Assembly (NCBI GenBank): GCA_963422735.1
Contig: OY730476.1
Location: 4,160,001-4,224,000 of the forward strand
Length of the DNA: 64,000 nt
Direction: 5' to 3'
Origin: Candidatus Latescibacterota bacterium
Lineage (GTDB): Bacteria; Latescibacterota; UBA2968; UBA8231
Below, in pieces: positions 48,036 through 58,110 of the stretch; the first letter of the stretch is position 1, and the number at the start of each line of letters is the position of its first letter. Position numbers and translations under genes: made by a program. The notes under the pieces are model-generated. The model was not told the origin of the DNA. It saw only the letters and a list, made by a program, of their open reading frames with translations, and ran no database searches.

Positions 48036-50390
48036 TCAGTTTCCCAAGGAAGAAAACCGCGTCGTCAGCCGCAGGCCAATCTGGCGCGGATCGCCGTAGC
48101 TTTTGTAGAGCTTCTTGTCGTAGTTGGGCGGCTCGAGGCGAAAAAAGAAGCCTCTCACCGCGTAGCGCTGATCGAGAAGGTTGCGGCTCCATAGCTGCAT
48201 GGACCATGTATCCCAGTGGTAGGAAATATGGCCATTGACCAATCGGTAAGGCTTTGAGACTTGGTCGTGGCTATCCGAAAAGAAGAACCGATCCATGCCT
48301 ACCACCTCCCAACGCCCTCCTATGCCCGACCGGTGGCGATACTCGCCCCCCAAGCTGAAGGTGTATTCTGGCGCGTGGGCCGCGGCCCGGTCTCCTCGCG
48401 TCTCAGGTCCTTTATCGGTCTCGAAGGTATAGGGATCCACATGGGTTTTCAGGTATCCCAGCGAGCCGAACAGATGCACTCCGGACAGCGGCCGGTAGCT
48501 CTGTTCTAGCTCAATACCGCTGCTTTGTCCCCTAGAGGCATTGTCTATGAAGAAAGAGAAACTATTGGGATCGTCGGGATTCTGCTGCCTAGACAGGCTG
48601 ACCTGCTGGTCGAAACGCAGGGTGTGGAAAAGCGTCAGCGCGGTCCCCCCCCCCCGAAAACCCATTTCGAGATTGGTGGTGTACTCTGGATCAAAGGGCC
48701 GGTCGCGATCGCTCAGACGCGGGTCCTGATTCACGCCGCCGGCTCGGTAGCCCCGCGAAACAGCACCATAGATGCTCCCGCTAGGAGCAAATCGGTAGGT
48801 CAGAGCGAGTTTGCCGCCTGCCAGCCACTGGGCTACATCGAATCCTACGCTATGTTCGTTCTCTGTGACACCTTGGTAAGAAGTTGAGTTGTGGTCCAGA
48901 CGAAGATTGAAAGCCAACTTCACAGCGTCGCCTAGATCCCGGCTGTACTGACCGTAGAATGCCAAGTTGTCCACCTCAAAAGTGCTGTTGTGATCAATGG
49001 GGATAGAGCTGTCAAACACCCAGCTAGTGGCATCGTCCGACTCTCTGAGGGCTTTGAAGTATGTCCCTACAATGGCCTTTCCATTGCCGCCCAGAGCACT
49101 CTTGAGCAGGCGCACCTCCTCGGTGAAGGTCGTGCGCTTTCTGAGGGTTCGGTCGAAGAAGTCATTGGTCCATCCATCCTGCTCGGGATCTAGGTTGTAG
49201 GGTTCCCGACGCCAGTACTCTTCGTCGTTGCCCCAATCGCCGTCAAAGCTATACTCCAAGTCGGTCTCCGAATAGGCCGTGGTCGAGACTAGGTCCAACC
49301 CCAAACCTTCAAGGGGGACCTCTCCCTTGAGAGAGAAGGCGGTGGTCTCTTGGTGATCCTTGCCTGGATTGTCGGAATGGGTGATCAGCTCCTCGTTGTT
49401 GTCGTGGGCCCAGGCATCGTAGCCATTGTTCAGGTTGGCGCGAAAAAAAGTGCCCAGTAGCTGCAGGCCGCTGTCGAGAGTGTAGCGCACTTTGGCACGG
49501 GCGAAGTTTTCCCACCGACGGTTAGAGTCGTCTCTATCCAGAAACATATTGCTTCTGAAGCCATTGGACCTAGCTTCGTGGTAGCCGGCGCGAATAGCCA
49601 GTTGCTCATTCAGCGGCACATTGACGGTAGCGGCGGCGTGCAATAGGTCGTCGCTACCCCGGGACACGGTGACCCCGTGGCTAGGGAGCGGAGATGGATC
49701 AGTCGACTGCAGGCTGATCAGGCCGGCCATGGCGTTGGGTCCGAAGATGGTCGATTGCGGCCCTTTGAAAACTTCGACCCGATCTAGGTCGAACAGTACC
49801 CCGGCCGTGCCCAAGCCGCTCAGATCCACGCCATCGAGGACAAAGCCGACCAAGAAATTGGGCGGCTTTTCGCCAGCGAAGTGGCTGTTTTCCCCCATGC
49901 CTCTGATCTGGAAATAGCGAGGCCGGGACGTGCCGCCAGACCAGTTGAGATTGGGCACGGCTGAGGTCAAGCTCTGAAAGTGGTGGCCGTTGGTCTCTTG
50001 CAGGCGGTTCCTGTCCAGCACGGTGATGCTAGCCGCTGCCTCGCTCAGGGTCTCTTCTACGAGCCCCCCCTCGACGATGATCTCTGGTGCTTTTAGGAGC
50101 TTGGGATGCAGGCGAATTACAAAGGATTCTGTTGTCGGCAACAGGCGCACCGTCTCGTACCCAACATGGGAAATAGTGAGCGAATCACCGAGAGACACCC
50201 TCGAGACAAAGCGGCCTTGGGCGTCCGTAGTGGTAACCCTATCCCCGGCCTGCACATTGGCCCCTTCCAAGGGGCGACCCGTAGCCGCATCCAACACTTG
50301 GCCGGGCACCTCCTCGGCCTGTGCCACAGACAGCACCGACAGCATCAATAAACCGGCCAGCAAGCTAGCCGACGGCAGTGAAATTTTCAT
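48036..50390 (-). CDS. TonB-dependent receptor, probably for thiamine
   Basis: Signal peptide, carboxypeptidase-regulatory-like N-domain, plug (RPRYFQIRG, RVEVFKGPQSTIFG) and GDPRQIG end; TPP riboswitch upstream. Confidence 0.9.
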   Translation of the reverse strand: MKISLPSASLLAGLLMLSVLSVAQAEEVPGQVLDAATGRPLEGANVQAGDRVTTTDAQGRFVSRVSLGDSLTISHVGYETVRLLPTTESFVIRLHPKLLKAPEIIVEGGLVEETLSEAAASITVLDRNRLQETNGHHFQSLTSAVPNLNWSGGTSRPRYFQIRGMGENSHFAGEKPPNFLVGFVLDGVDLSGLGTAGVLFDLDRVEVFKGPQSTIFGPNAMAGLISLQSTDPSPLPSHGVTVSRGSDDLLHAAATVNVPLNEQLAIRAGYHEARSNGFRSNMFLDRDDSNRRWENFARAKVRYTLDSGLQLLGTFFRANLNNGYDAWAHDNNEELITHSDNPGKDHQETTAFSLKGEVPLEGLGLDLVSTTAYSETDLEYSFDGDWGNDEEYWRREPYNLDPEQDGWTNDFFDRTLRKRTTFTEEVRLLKSALGGNGKAIVGTYFKALRESDDATSWVFDSSIPIDHNSTFEVDNLAFYGQYSRDLGDAVKLAFNLRLDHNSTSYQGVTENEHSVGFDVAQWLAGGKLALTYRFAPSGSIYGAVSRGYRAGGVNQDPRLSDRDRPFDPEYTTNLEMGFRGGGTALTLFHTLRFDQQVSLSRQQNPDDPNSFSFFIDNASRGQSSGIELEQSYRPLSGVHLFGSLGYLKTHVDPYTFETDKGPETRGDRAAAHAPEYTFSLGGEYRHRSGIGGRWEVVGMDRFFFSDSHDQVSKPYRLVNGHISYHWDTWSMQLWSRNLLDQRYAVRGFFFRLEPPNYDKKLYKSYGDPRQIGLRLTTRFSSLGN

Positions 50391-50441
50391 AGATCTGCTC
50401 CTTTGTCTTGCATTTGCGGAGAAATTCCGTCGAGGGCGCAC

Positions 50442-50474
50442 AAAAAAACCGCTCGCCCCAGATGGGCCAGCGGT
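50442..50474 (-). terminator. Terminator forming the riboswitch expression platform
   Basis: Minus strand ACCGCTGGCCC-atctg-GGGCGAGCGGT followed by a T tract. Confidence 0.75.
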
Positions 50475-50495
50475 GCGTACGCAGTGCGTACGACA

Positions 50496-50578
50496 TCCGT
50501 TTCCCTACGCTGGCACGATCCAGTTCAGGTTAGAAGGGTCTCAATTCTCAGGCCCGCTGCCGGGCCACCCCCAACGGA
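50496..50578 (-). ncRNA. TPP riboswitch
   Basis: Minus strand GGGGTG..CTGAGA..ACCCTT..ACCTGA..TGCCAGCGTAGGGAA, closed by P1 CCGTT/AACGG. Confidence 0.93.
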
Positions 50579-50601
50579 AGCTATATTCTCAATGTCTCTA
50601 C

Positions 50602-50629
50602 AATATAGGCTAAACCCCACCCGGGTCAA
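50602..50629 (-). promoter_or_regulatory. Putative promoter upstream of the TPP riboswitch
   Basis: TTGACC-16 bp-TATATT on the minus strand. Confidence 0.55.
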
Positions 50630-51081
50630 TGTACGCCCATCACCTCGCCCTGTAAGAAAAAGGCGGCGCGACTTTCGCTGGGAGCCGCCAAGGATTTAGG
50701 CTACCCCGTGCGGTCCGCCACCAGATCGGGGTGGTTTTCCGGTTTCGGCACGACAATGCCGTTGGCGCACGGACTCGACGCCGCGTCATCTTGGGCCGCC
50801 GGTGCCGCCTATATCACTAGCCCGGCGCCAACAGATAGGCCACCTTCCAGAGAGTACGCACCACAAGCCGCCGGCAATGGGCGTAGCCGCCCTGCTCAGT
50901 AGAGAGTCGTTTATAATCCAAAGAAATGCTCCTTCAAGGTGAGATTGCTTCACTTAAGGCACAATAAAGAACCGTCATCGATAATTCTGTCAAGCTGCTG
51001 AAATGCTGAGGTCGATGGGGATGAGATCGAGAATTACTTTGCCGGGAAACGCTTTTTGGCGCAGATGAGAGGAGCAAAAAC

Positions 51082-51438
51082 ATGAGCGAGTGCCTGCCGA
51101 TGTGCCGGGACCGCTGGCAACCCGGCTGGCACAAGGAGATACACGGAGAGCTTAAGGACGGTGCCATCGCGCATGTTTACGACGCGGATGGCAATCTAGT
51201 CGAAATCGAACGCTACGAATTCACCGGCGAGTTCTGCGGCGCAGAGCCGCTGGTCAACACGCGCACCGAAACGGCGAACGGGCAACTGATCTGCCGCGAG
51301 ATCGCGCACCGAGTATCGGACACTACCCTCGACCTTCACGTCATCGACGCGGAAGGGACCTTACGTCTAACCATCCACCATAGCGACATCGACCGCGGGG
51401 AGCCGTTCACCATTCGGGAGGAGTGGATCGACCGCTGA
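51082..51438 (+). CDS. Hypothetical protein (118 aa)
   Basis: AGGAG ribosome-binding site and clean ORF; YDADGNLVE segment; no family recognised. Confidence 0.55.
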   Translation: MSECLPMCRDRWQPGWHKEIHGELKDGAIAHVYDADGNLVEIERYEFTGEFCGAEPLVNTRTETANGQLICREIAHRVSDTTLDLHVIDAEGTLRLTIHHSDIDRGEPFTIREEWIDR

Positions 51439-51442
51439 GTGC

Positions 51443-51807
51443 TTAAAACACGTACTTCAGGATGCCGCCCGCTAGGTGGGAATCGTTGTCTTTCCCCTCG
51501 ACGTACGTTCTGTAAAACTGCCATCCCAAGTCCAGGTCCATATAGTTGAAAGGCATGTTTACGCCCGCCCGCAGAGTCAACTGTAAATCCGTTCCTTTGT
51601 CGTCTATCTTTTTGGGAAGCAGTTCCGCAAAACCCAGCCCCTCCAAAGTCTCGATAAATGCCTGCGTCGGCAGCCAACTGCGGATCGCAGCGGGCGATGT
51701 GCAGAATCCGCTCGACGTCCTCCGGGGCTAGGAGGTTTTCGAGGATGAGGTAGCCATCCTCTGCAAACTGGCGCATCTGTTCGGCACTCAGGGTGAGATC
51801 AGTCATG
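51443..51807 (-). pseudogene. Fused relics: PhyH N-terminus plus outer-membrane beta-barrel C-terminus
   Basis: MTDLTLSAEQMRQFAEDGYLILENLL joined to ...LDLGWQFYRT...GGILKYVF*. Confidence 0.55.
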
Positions 51808-51909
51808 GTTTTTTCCTCTACCTCTCCACAAGAGAAGCGCATCTTTGGTCCACCAGCTAACGCATAGGCATAATAGGGCATCTTTTTGGGACCTCTGTCA
51901 AGATGCTAA

Positions 51910-51945
51910 GAAGCTGTCTGCTTCACCGCGCCTTTAGGCGTGACA
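51910..51945 (+). mobile_element. Internally deleted copy of the 38309 MITE
   Basis: TAA|GAAGCTGTCTG followed by TCACCGCGCCTTTAGGCG, which also occurs at about 38386-38403. Confidence 0.55.
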
Positions 51946-52146
51946 AATCCCGGGTGCGCCCCGATCGAGACCGACATGATCCGAGGGGTGCCAAAGGACA
52001 AAGTCGAGCAACTCATCGACACCATGGCCGTCAGGCGGATGGGCACCTTCGCCGATGTCGCGAACGTGATGGACTTCTTCTTGCGGCGGGAGAGCGAAAA
52101 GGTGACCGGGCAGGTGGTTTACCTCGGTGGGATTCCCAACTTCTGA
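51940..52146 (+). pseudogene. C-terminal fragment of a short-chain dehydrogenase
   Basis: PIETDMI..RMGTFADVANVMDFF..VTGQVVYLGG. Confidence 0.65.
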
Positions 52147-52256
52147 GGCGCTGGCGGCCGGCAAGCGGGAGATCTGGCGCACCGTGGACTGGCGACCATC
52201 GATGTACAATCCGTATGGGTCGGTTTTTGAGCAACGGGGCTGACGATGCAATCCAT

Positions 52257-52940
52257 TCAAACAGCGATTTTCGACAGCGAAATATGACCCTTGAAACAGT
52301 AGTCTACATCGCTGCCGGGTTGTCGCCAGCGCTCCTGATAGATTCCGGTGTATAGAAAGCCGTCCCCGGTTCGCGAGAATGTGGTTTTGTGGGAGCTTGT
52401 ATCCACTGGGACATGTTTCGTTTCTAAGCGTACCCGGTTGTGGTCAGGATGGGGCAGATTCACGTTCAGAAAACATCCGGCTTCCAGTGTCTCGTTCAGC
52501 ACGTTATCCAAAACCGGCTGAAGCCGTTCGGCGGCCAGCGGCCAGTCGATCGGCCGGCCTTTTACGGTATAGTGGGACAGTGCGATGGCCTTACAACCGT
52601 GAATAGCAGCCTCCCTAGCAGCGGCTACCGTGCCGGATTCGTACACATCCACCCCAAGATTCCCTCCATGATTGATACCGGAGAGCACCCAATCTCCGTC
52701 GGATGCTAGACTGCTGAGCGCCAGACGGGTACAGTCGGCCGGTGTGCCCCATATCCTGTAGCGTTCTTCCGTCAGTTTGTCCACGCTAATGGGCCTATCG
52801 GTTGTCAACTGATGTCCAACACCGGACTGAGGCTCCGCTGGCGCGACAACGACGACCTCGCCGCGCCGCGCCGCCAGACGAACTAGGGTCTGTAGGCCTT
52901 CTGCTTCGATGCCGTCGTCGTTGGTAACGATCAGTTTCAC
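52257..52940 (-). CDS. surE: 5'/3'-nucleotidase SurE
   Basis: VTNDDGI, VVAPAEPQSGVG, GTPADC, SGINHGGNLG and SGTVAAAREA. Confidence 0.93.
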   Translation of the reverse strand: MKLIVTNDDGIEAEGLQTLVRLAARRGEVVVVAPAEPQSGVGHQLTTDRPISVDKLTEERYRIWGTPADCTRLALSSLASDGDWVLSGINHGGNLGVDVYESGTVAAAREAAIHGCKAIALSHYTVKGRPIDWPLAAERLQPVLDNVLNETLEAGCFLNVNLPHPDHNRVRLETKHVPVDTSSHKTTFSRTGDGFLYTGIYQERWRQPGSDVDYCFKGHISLSKIAV

Positions 52941-53461
52941 GGCAGTCGCTCTCTCACCCGCTCTACACCCAATTCCTCCAGCCGCGCCGCCATCTTCTCG
53001 CGCCCCGCACCCCCCTTTTTCATCATCTCCTTGCTATAAACGAACGACTGCTTCTCTCTCAAACTCATTTCAACTGTCATTCGGGGGTCCCTGACCGCAA
53101 GCAGGTCGTCCGGCATATAGCCAATGAATATCGTCCGTCGCGGATGACCATCGGTGTGCCGAGGGGTATCCTCTCGGTTCGCCCACATATCGTTACCCGC
53201 AATGTACAGGCACTCCGTCCCAGATCGCGCATGGTTTCCATCAAACAGGGATGCTCAATTAACTCCGCGAAGGTATCGTCCGCCTGAACGAAGGGGCTAA
53301 GCATCCGGGTGCCGTTCTCGGCGAAATGGTGGTACGCTGGTGCGTCTGCAATGACGCGGTTGTATGCCTCCTGTAGGTGCTCTATCTCATTCTCGCTCAG
53401 GCAACTCTCAAGACGATGAACCCGAATGTCCAAAACTGCCCGATTTCCAAACGGATAACAT
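52937..53461 (-). pseudogene. PhyH family dioxygenase with multiple frameshifts
   Basis: AGGAGG + ATG; EIGQFWTFGFIVLR / LSENEIEHL..LIEHP / RHTDG.. lie in different frames. Confidence 0.6.
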
Positions 53462-53515
53462 CGAATATGTCCTCCTTCTTGCAACAATCAGTCAATGTAG
53501 GCTTAGGGAACACTC

Positions 53516-54664
53516 TCAATTCTCTGGAAACGCGTACGTCTCCAACGCCGCCTCATCCACCTCCACACCCAAACCCGGCCGATCCGTAACCTTATAGTAG
53601 CCATTTTCGGGTTCGTACGGCTCCTTGAGCATCCGACTCTTGACCGCGTTGGCGTGATGAGCGTGCTCCATGATCATGAAGTTTGGACACGACGCCGACC
53701 ACTCGACGGTCGCAGCAATCGAGAGGATCCCACCACCTCCGATATGCGGCGCAACTGGAATGTTATAGGTGTCGGCTAGCGTCGCAATCCGATGCCCCTC
53801 GGTAATCCCCGTCCGCGCGATGTCGTGCATCAAGATGTCATACGCCCTCCGCTCGAACTGCTCGCGCATCTCGTAACGAGTGCGCGTCCACTCTCCTATC
53901 GCCACCGCCATATCCAACGCCCGGGTTATCTCAGCTTGACCCGGGATATCCTCCGGCACCGTCGGCGACTCCAGCCAAGTGAAACCGAGCTTCTCGAGTT
54001 CACGACCCAGCAGTATCGAGCTCGAAACCGTCTGCCGCATGTGCGTATCGACCATCAGCATGATGCCCGGCCCGACGCGCTGCCGCACTGCGCGGCAAAT
54101 TTCCGCGACGCTCTCCACATCCAACAATAAGTGCAACTTCAGCGCCTTGTACCCGTAGCCCACATGCTCCTCAGCCGCATCCGCAACCTTCATTGGGTCC
54201 GCGCCGCCGATCCCTGCGTAGAGCAATATCTCCTCTCGATACCGTCCACCCGCAATCTTGTGTACCGGCTTCCCGATGGCCTTTCCCACGATATCCCACA
54301 ACGCGATGTCAGTCCCTCCGATAGCGTCGATGTAGAAACCTGTCGGATGGCCGCGCTCCCGCATCGCAGCATAGTTGCGCGTCCAAATTGCCTCAATGTC
54401 GAACGGATCGCACCCCATCACCAACGGCCTCACCAATTCGCGCACTATCGTCGCAGTGGTGTTGGGCGACACCGGCGACTGCGCCTCGCCCCATCCAACG
54501 ATTCCGTTGTCCGTCTCAACCCTGACAACTGTGGTCTCGTGATGATGTGAATAGAGCGTTGTGAATGCCGAACGATCCACATAATAATCGCCGAACCCTT
54601 CTGACTTCTCGTCGGCACGTTCACTGATCCGCAGCGGGAACGCCCTAACATCGGTTATCTTCAT
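53516..54664 (-). CDS. Mandelate racemase/muconate lactonizing enzyme family protein
   Basis: MKITDV, VETDNGIVGWGE, DIALWDIVGK, LMVD, WLESP, IGE and VAPH. Confidence 0.92.
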   Translation of the reverse strand: MKITDVRAFPLRISERADEKSEGFGDYYVDRSAFTTLYSHHHETTVVRVETDNGIVGWGEAQSPVSPNTTATIVRELVRPLVMGCDPFDIEAIWTRNYAAMRERGHPTGFYIDAIGGTDIALWDIVGKAIGKPVHKIAGGRYREEILLYAGIGGADPMKVADAAEEHVGYGYKALKLHLLLDVESVAEICRAVRQRVGPGIMLMVDTHMRQTVSSSILLGRELEKLGFTWLESPTVPEDIPGQAEITRALDMAVAIGEWTRTRYEMREQFERRAYDILMHDIARTGITEGHRIATLADTYNIPVAPHIGGGGILSIAATVEWSASCPNFMIMEHAHHANAVKSRMLKEPYEPENGYYKVTDRPGLGVEVDEAALETYAFPEN

Positions 54665-55069
54665 CGATCTGCTCCGCCATGTTTCGTCGATAAACCTGAA
54701 TGCATGGTAGCCTCCTTTTGGCGTTGTTGGATTTTGCCAGTAGAATTTTCGCTCATCGGTGACGCAGCCTCCCAAGAGCAAATCTCTGGTCCACGAAGAG
54801 GAATAGCAAACGGGGAAGTTACAGGCAGTTATCTCATAAATGGTTAAGAGGTGATACTTTAGCGGTATTCCCTTGGGGAGGTATATACATGACGCGATGT
54901 GTGAGGAAGCAGCCACTTTTGTGTCGCTCTCTATGCAGAATTAAAAACGCCGCGTCAGGTTGTGGCGTTAGACTGACTTGGGGCAGCATCGCTTGCAATC
55001 TGCGTGGCCAATTATCGTTATTCTTTAAACAGCGCATTGATCCCTTTCTACAGCAAAAAGGCCAGCCTC

Positions 55070-56401
55070 ATGCCCGCACCCATCCTCCTGACCGACGCCC
55101 AAGTCCAAGCCTATCTGACCAATGGCTATATCACCGTGCAGACCGCTCACCCGCCCGCAGTCCACCAAAATATTCACCGCCAAATCGAAACCCTCTTCGC
55201 CACTGAGGGCAATCCCGGCAACGATATCTTCCCCAAAATCCCAGACCTATACCAAATTCTCCGCGACCCCGCTGTTGACGGTGCCCTCCAGAGCCTCCTC
55301 GGCCCCTCCTACCTCATCCACCCGCACCGCCACTGCCACCACAACCCCAGTGGGTCCAAAGGCCAAGGTATGCACCAGGACAGCTATGAAAACGACCAGA
55401 ATGTCCGCCACCACCGCACGCGCTGGACGATGGCCTTCTACTATCCGCAAGACGTCAGCTTAGACATGGGGCCGACCGCGATTTTGCCAGCCACCCAGTA
55501 CTACAATTCGTCTAAACAAGCCTACGAGCGGGAAGAACAGCCCCTCTGCGGCCGGGCCGGAACGGTGACCATCGTTCACTACGACCTCTGGCACCGCGCC
55601 ATGCCCAACGCCAGCGACCGCGACCGCTTAATGGTCAAGTTCCTCTTCACCCGCATGGGCGAGCCGCGGGTGCCCTCGTGGGACCATCGCGACGGCACTT
55701 GGCAAACCGAAGGTACCGATTCACCCGCCGACCTGTGTCGCCGTGCCTACGACTGGATGCGCGGCACCGATGGCACCACAGCCTCTACGGCGGTTGCGCT
55801 CGACGAGTTGCGTCGGGCCTTAGACGCCGGTTCCGAAGCCGAGCGGCTGCACGCGGGATATGCCTTGGCCGCCCGCGGCGAGGAAGCAATGCCCGTCCTC
55901 CTAGACGCGCTGTACAGCGAAGCCGCTGCGCGTCTCGAAGCCAACCTAGCGACCGAACACACCAATCCCAGCCAGCTCGACGCGGTCTTCGCCCTTTCCG
56001 CCGTTGGCCGCCCCGCTGTGCCTTATATGGTGGAATTGCTCGACGAAAACGACTGGTGGCTCCGCGCCGCTGCCGCCGATGTGCTCGGCGACTTGGGCAC
56101 CACAGCATCCAAAACCGTGCCCCAACTCACCTGTGCCCTCGACGACGAGGCCGAGTGGGTCCGGCGCAACGCGGTCGAGGCACTGGGCAATATCGGTCCG
56201 GCCGCCGCCGAAGCGGTACCCGCACTGAGCCGTCGCCTGCAAGATTCCGAGAGCTGGATCCGCCACAACGCCGCACTCTCGCTGGCCAAGATCGGTCCAG
56301 CCGCCGTCGAGGCTGTGCCCGCCCTGTGCAAAAACATTGACGACGAGGACCGTTACGCCCGTGCCAACGCCGCCGTGGCTTTGGAGCGCATCGGCGCGTA
56401 G
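55070..56401 (+). CDS. PhyH dioxygenase fused to C-terminal HEAT repeats
   Basis: MHQD..HYDLWHR; then repeated VRRNAVEALGNIGPAAAEAVPAL units. Confidence 0.88.
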   Translation: MPAPILLTDAQVQAYLTNGYITVQTAHPPAVHQNIHRQIETLFATEGNPGNDIFPKIPDLYQILRDPAVDGALQSLLGPSYLIHPHRHCHHNPSGSKGQGMHQDSYENDQNVRHHRTRWTMAFYYPQDVSLDMGPTAILPATQYYNSSKQAYEREEQPLCGRAGTVTIVHYDLWHRAMPNASDRDRLMVKFLFTRMGEPRVPSWDHRDGTWQTEGTDSPADLCRRAYDWMRGTDGTTASTAVALDELRRALDAGSEAERLHAGYALAARGEEAMPVLLDALYSEAAARLEANLATEHTNPSQLDAVFALSAVGRPAVPYMVELLDENDWWLRAAAADVLGDLGTTASKTVPQLTCALDDEAEWVRRNAVEALGNIGPAAAEAVPALSRRLQDSESWIRHNAALSLAKIGPAAVEAVPALCKNIDDEDRYARANAAVALERIGA

Positions 56402-56530
56402 TGCCTTGCCGATGCTCCGGTAGCATTTACTTTCCACAAAATCACAACGGACGAGGCCGCTCCGAGATTTTCTCGTTGACATGATTGCGCTCTTTCCGCG
56501 CCTTTTAACTTTTTAGCCCTTCTCAGGAAA

Positions 56531-58063
56531 GTGTCCATGACGACTGCATCGGCCCGGCCAGCGTTTGACGACGCCCTCCGGCACTACGCCGCAACGCTCG
56601 GCTTCCCATCCCTTTCGAGCTATGTCATCTGGTGCCGCAAAAACGACCTAGCGGTCCAGCGCGGCAAAACCGAGAACCAGCTCGCAATCGAGCGTCAACT
56701 CGCCGCCGACACCTTGCGGCCGGCCGCGCCGCACCCCGGCCGCAGCCACACCCCGGGACGCGCCCGCCTCATTGACCGGGCCTTCCGCGGCGAGATCCCT
56801 CCAGATGAGAGGTATCCGTTCAGCCAGAAGCTGGTCGCGCTCTTCGCCGCGGCCGAAGAGCCCAAGCACCGTCAAGCTCTCTACCGCCTGCTCAAGCACA
56901 TAGAGCGACGCGCCGACCTTCTCGGCCTCAAAACGGGATTCCTCAATCGGCCGCGCGAAGAGGGCAACAACTACGAGGACGCCCTTGGTCAACTCGCCCG
57001 CCACTACGGCGACTGGCTCCGGCCCGTCGAGGAATGGCGCACCGACCTCCTCAGCCCTCGGGCGCAGTTCCGCAGCCTCACTCGGCATCTGCTGGCCCGC
57101 TACGAGGTGCCGCCTTTTATGGACACCGCCTTTCTCCAAGGAGACCTTTCGACGGCGCACCGCGAGCAGGAGTGGTTCAAGCACATCGGCATCGGCCAGA
57201 ACATCCGCAAGGCCGACCTGCCGCTGCGGCTGACCAAGCGCATGGCACACCTTTTTCCCACCGCCAATCGACACTGGCCGATTTCGCGCACCCTGCGCTG
57301 GGCGCAATTCGCCGGCATGGGTGGACGCGGACGCACTAGTTGGGCTGTTTTATCCACGCGGCTGAAGAACTACCAGCGAGACGAGCCGTTCTGGGAAACG
57401 GCGATGCTCTTTTTTGCCAACCAACCCATGCTGGAACCCACCTACATCGGCCCAATTGTCGATTATATCCACTACCAGAAATTCGTGCCCCAGCAATTGC
57501 CCGGCCCCAACGGCCAGTTCATTGAGGGGCCGCCGGCTCAGCCTAACTTCTCGATGAAAGGCCGCAGCATCACCAAGCTGCTGCGTTTAGTTGATGAGTG
57601 GCACGGCGACCTCAATGCCGACGACTACGCCCTCGGCGAGGAAGAGGCGTGGGCGGCGTCTGGCTTTCGCGGATTCGAGTGGGAGGAAGAAGACGCATTC
57701 TCGGGCGAGCGCGTGCTTTGGTCAATACGCGAGTTATGCTCCGCGCTCGACCTGCTAGCCGAGGGGCGCGTCATGCACCACTGCGCCGCCTCGTATGCCC
57801 GGCGCTGCTCGGAGGGCGAGCGGTCCGTGTGGTCGATGCAGATGACCTACCCGGCCAAGCTGCCGCAGCGGATCCTGACCATTGCCCTCGACAACCACAA
57901 GAAGACTGTCGTCGATTATCGGGGGAAGTACAACATGCACCCCCACGACAACAAGCGCACCGCCAAAAAGCATTGGCAGGATCGGCCCTATCTCTATTAT
58001 CTGCGGCAATCGCCGCGCGTCTTGCGCTTGTGGATGGAACGCGAGGATCTGCGGCACGACTAG
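56531..58063 (+). CDS. PcfJ domain-containing protein
   Basis: FSMKGRS..LVDEWH..IRELCSALDLLAEGRVMHHCAASY. Confidence 0.8.
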   Translation: MSMTTASARPAFDDALRHYAATLGFPSLSSYVIWCRKNDLAVQRGKTENQLAIERQLAADTLRPAAPHPGRSHTPGRARLIDRAFRGEIPPDERYPFSQKLVALFAAAEEPKHRQALYRLLKHIERRADLLGLKTGFLNRPREEGNNYEDALGQLARHYGDWLRPVEEWRTDLLSPRAQFRSLTRHLLARYEVPPFMDTAFLQGDLSTAHREQEWFKHIGIGQNIRKADLPLRLTKRMAHLFPTANRHWPISRTLRWAQFAGMGGRGRTSWAVLSTRLKNYQRDEPFWETAMLFFANQPMLEPTYIGPIVDYIHYQKFVPQQLPGPNGQFIEGPPAQPNFSMKGRSITKLLRLVDEWHGDLNADDYALGEEEAWAASGFRGFEWEEEDAFSGERVLWSIRELCSALDLLAEGRVMHHCAASYARRCSEGERSVWSMQMTYPAKLPQRILTIALDNHKKTVVDYRGKYNMHPHDNKRTAKKHWQDRPYLYYLRQSPRVLRLWMEREDLRHD

Positions 58064-58110
58064 CGAGGTGGTAGGCGCAGGTGATCGCAGGAGTTGGGAG
58101 GAAGGGTAGG

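Noticed and set aside
48644-48656. Poly-C tract in the TonB receptor as a phase-variation switch
   Set aside because: The frame is intact (Gly-Gly-Gly) and there is no evidence of length variation without reads.
51082-51438. RHS/YD toxin or immunity gene
   Set aside because: Only one YD-like segment and no recognisable toxin upstream.
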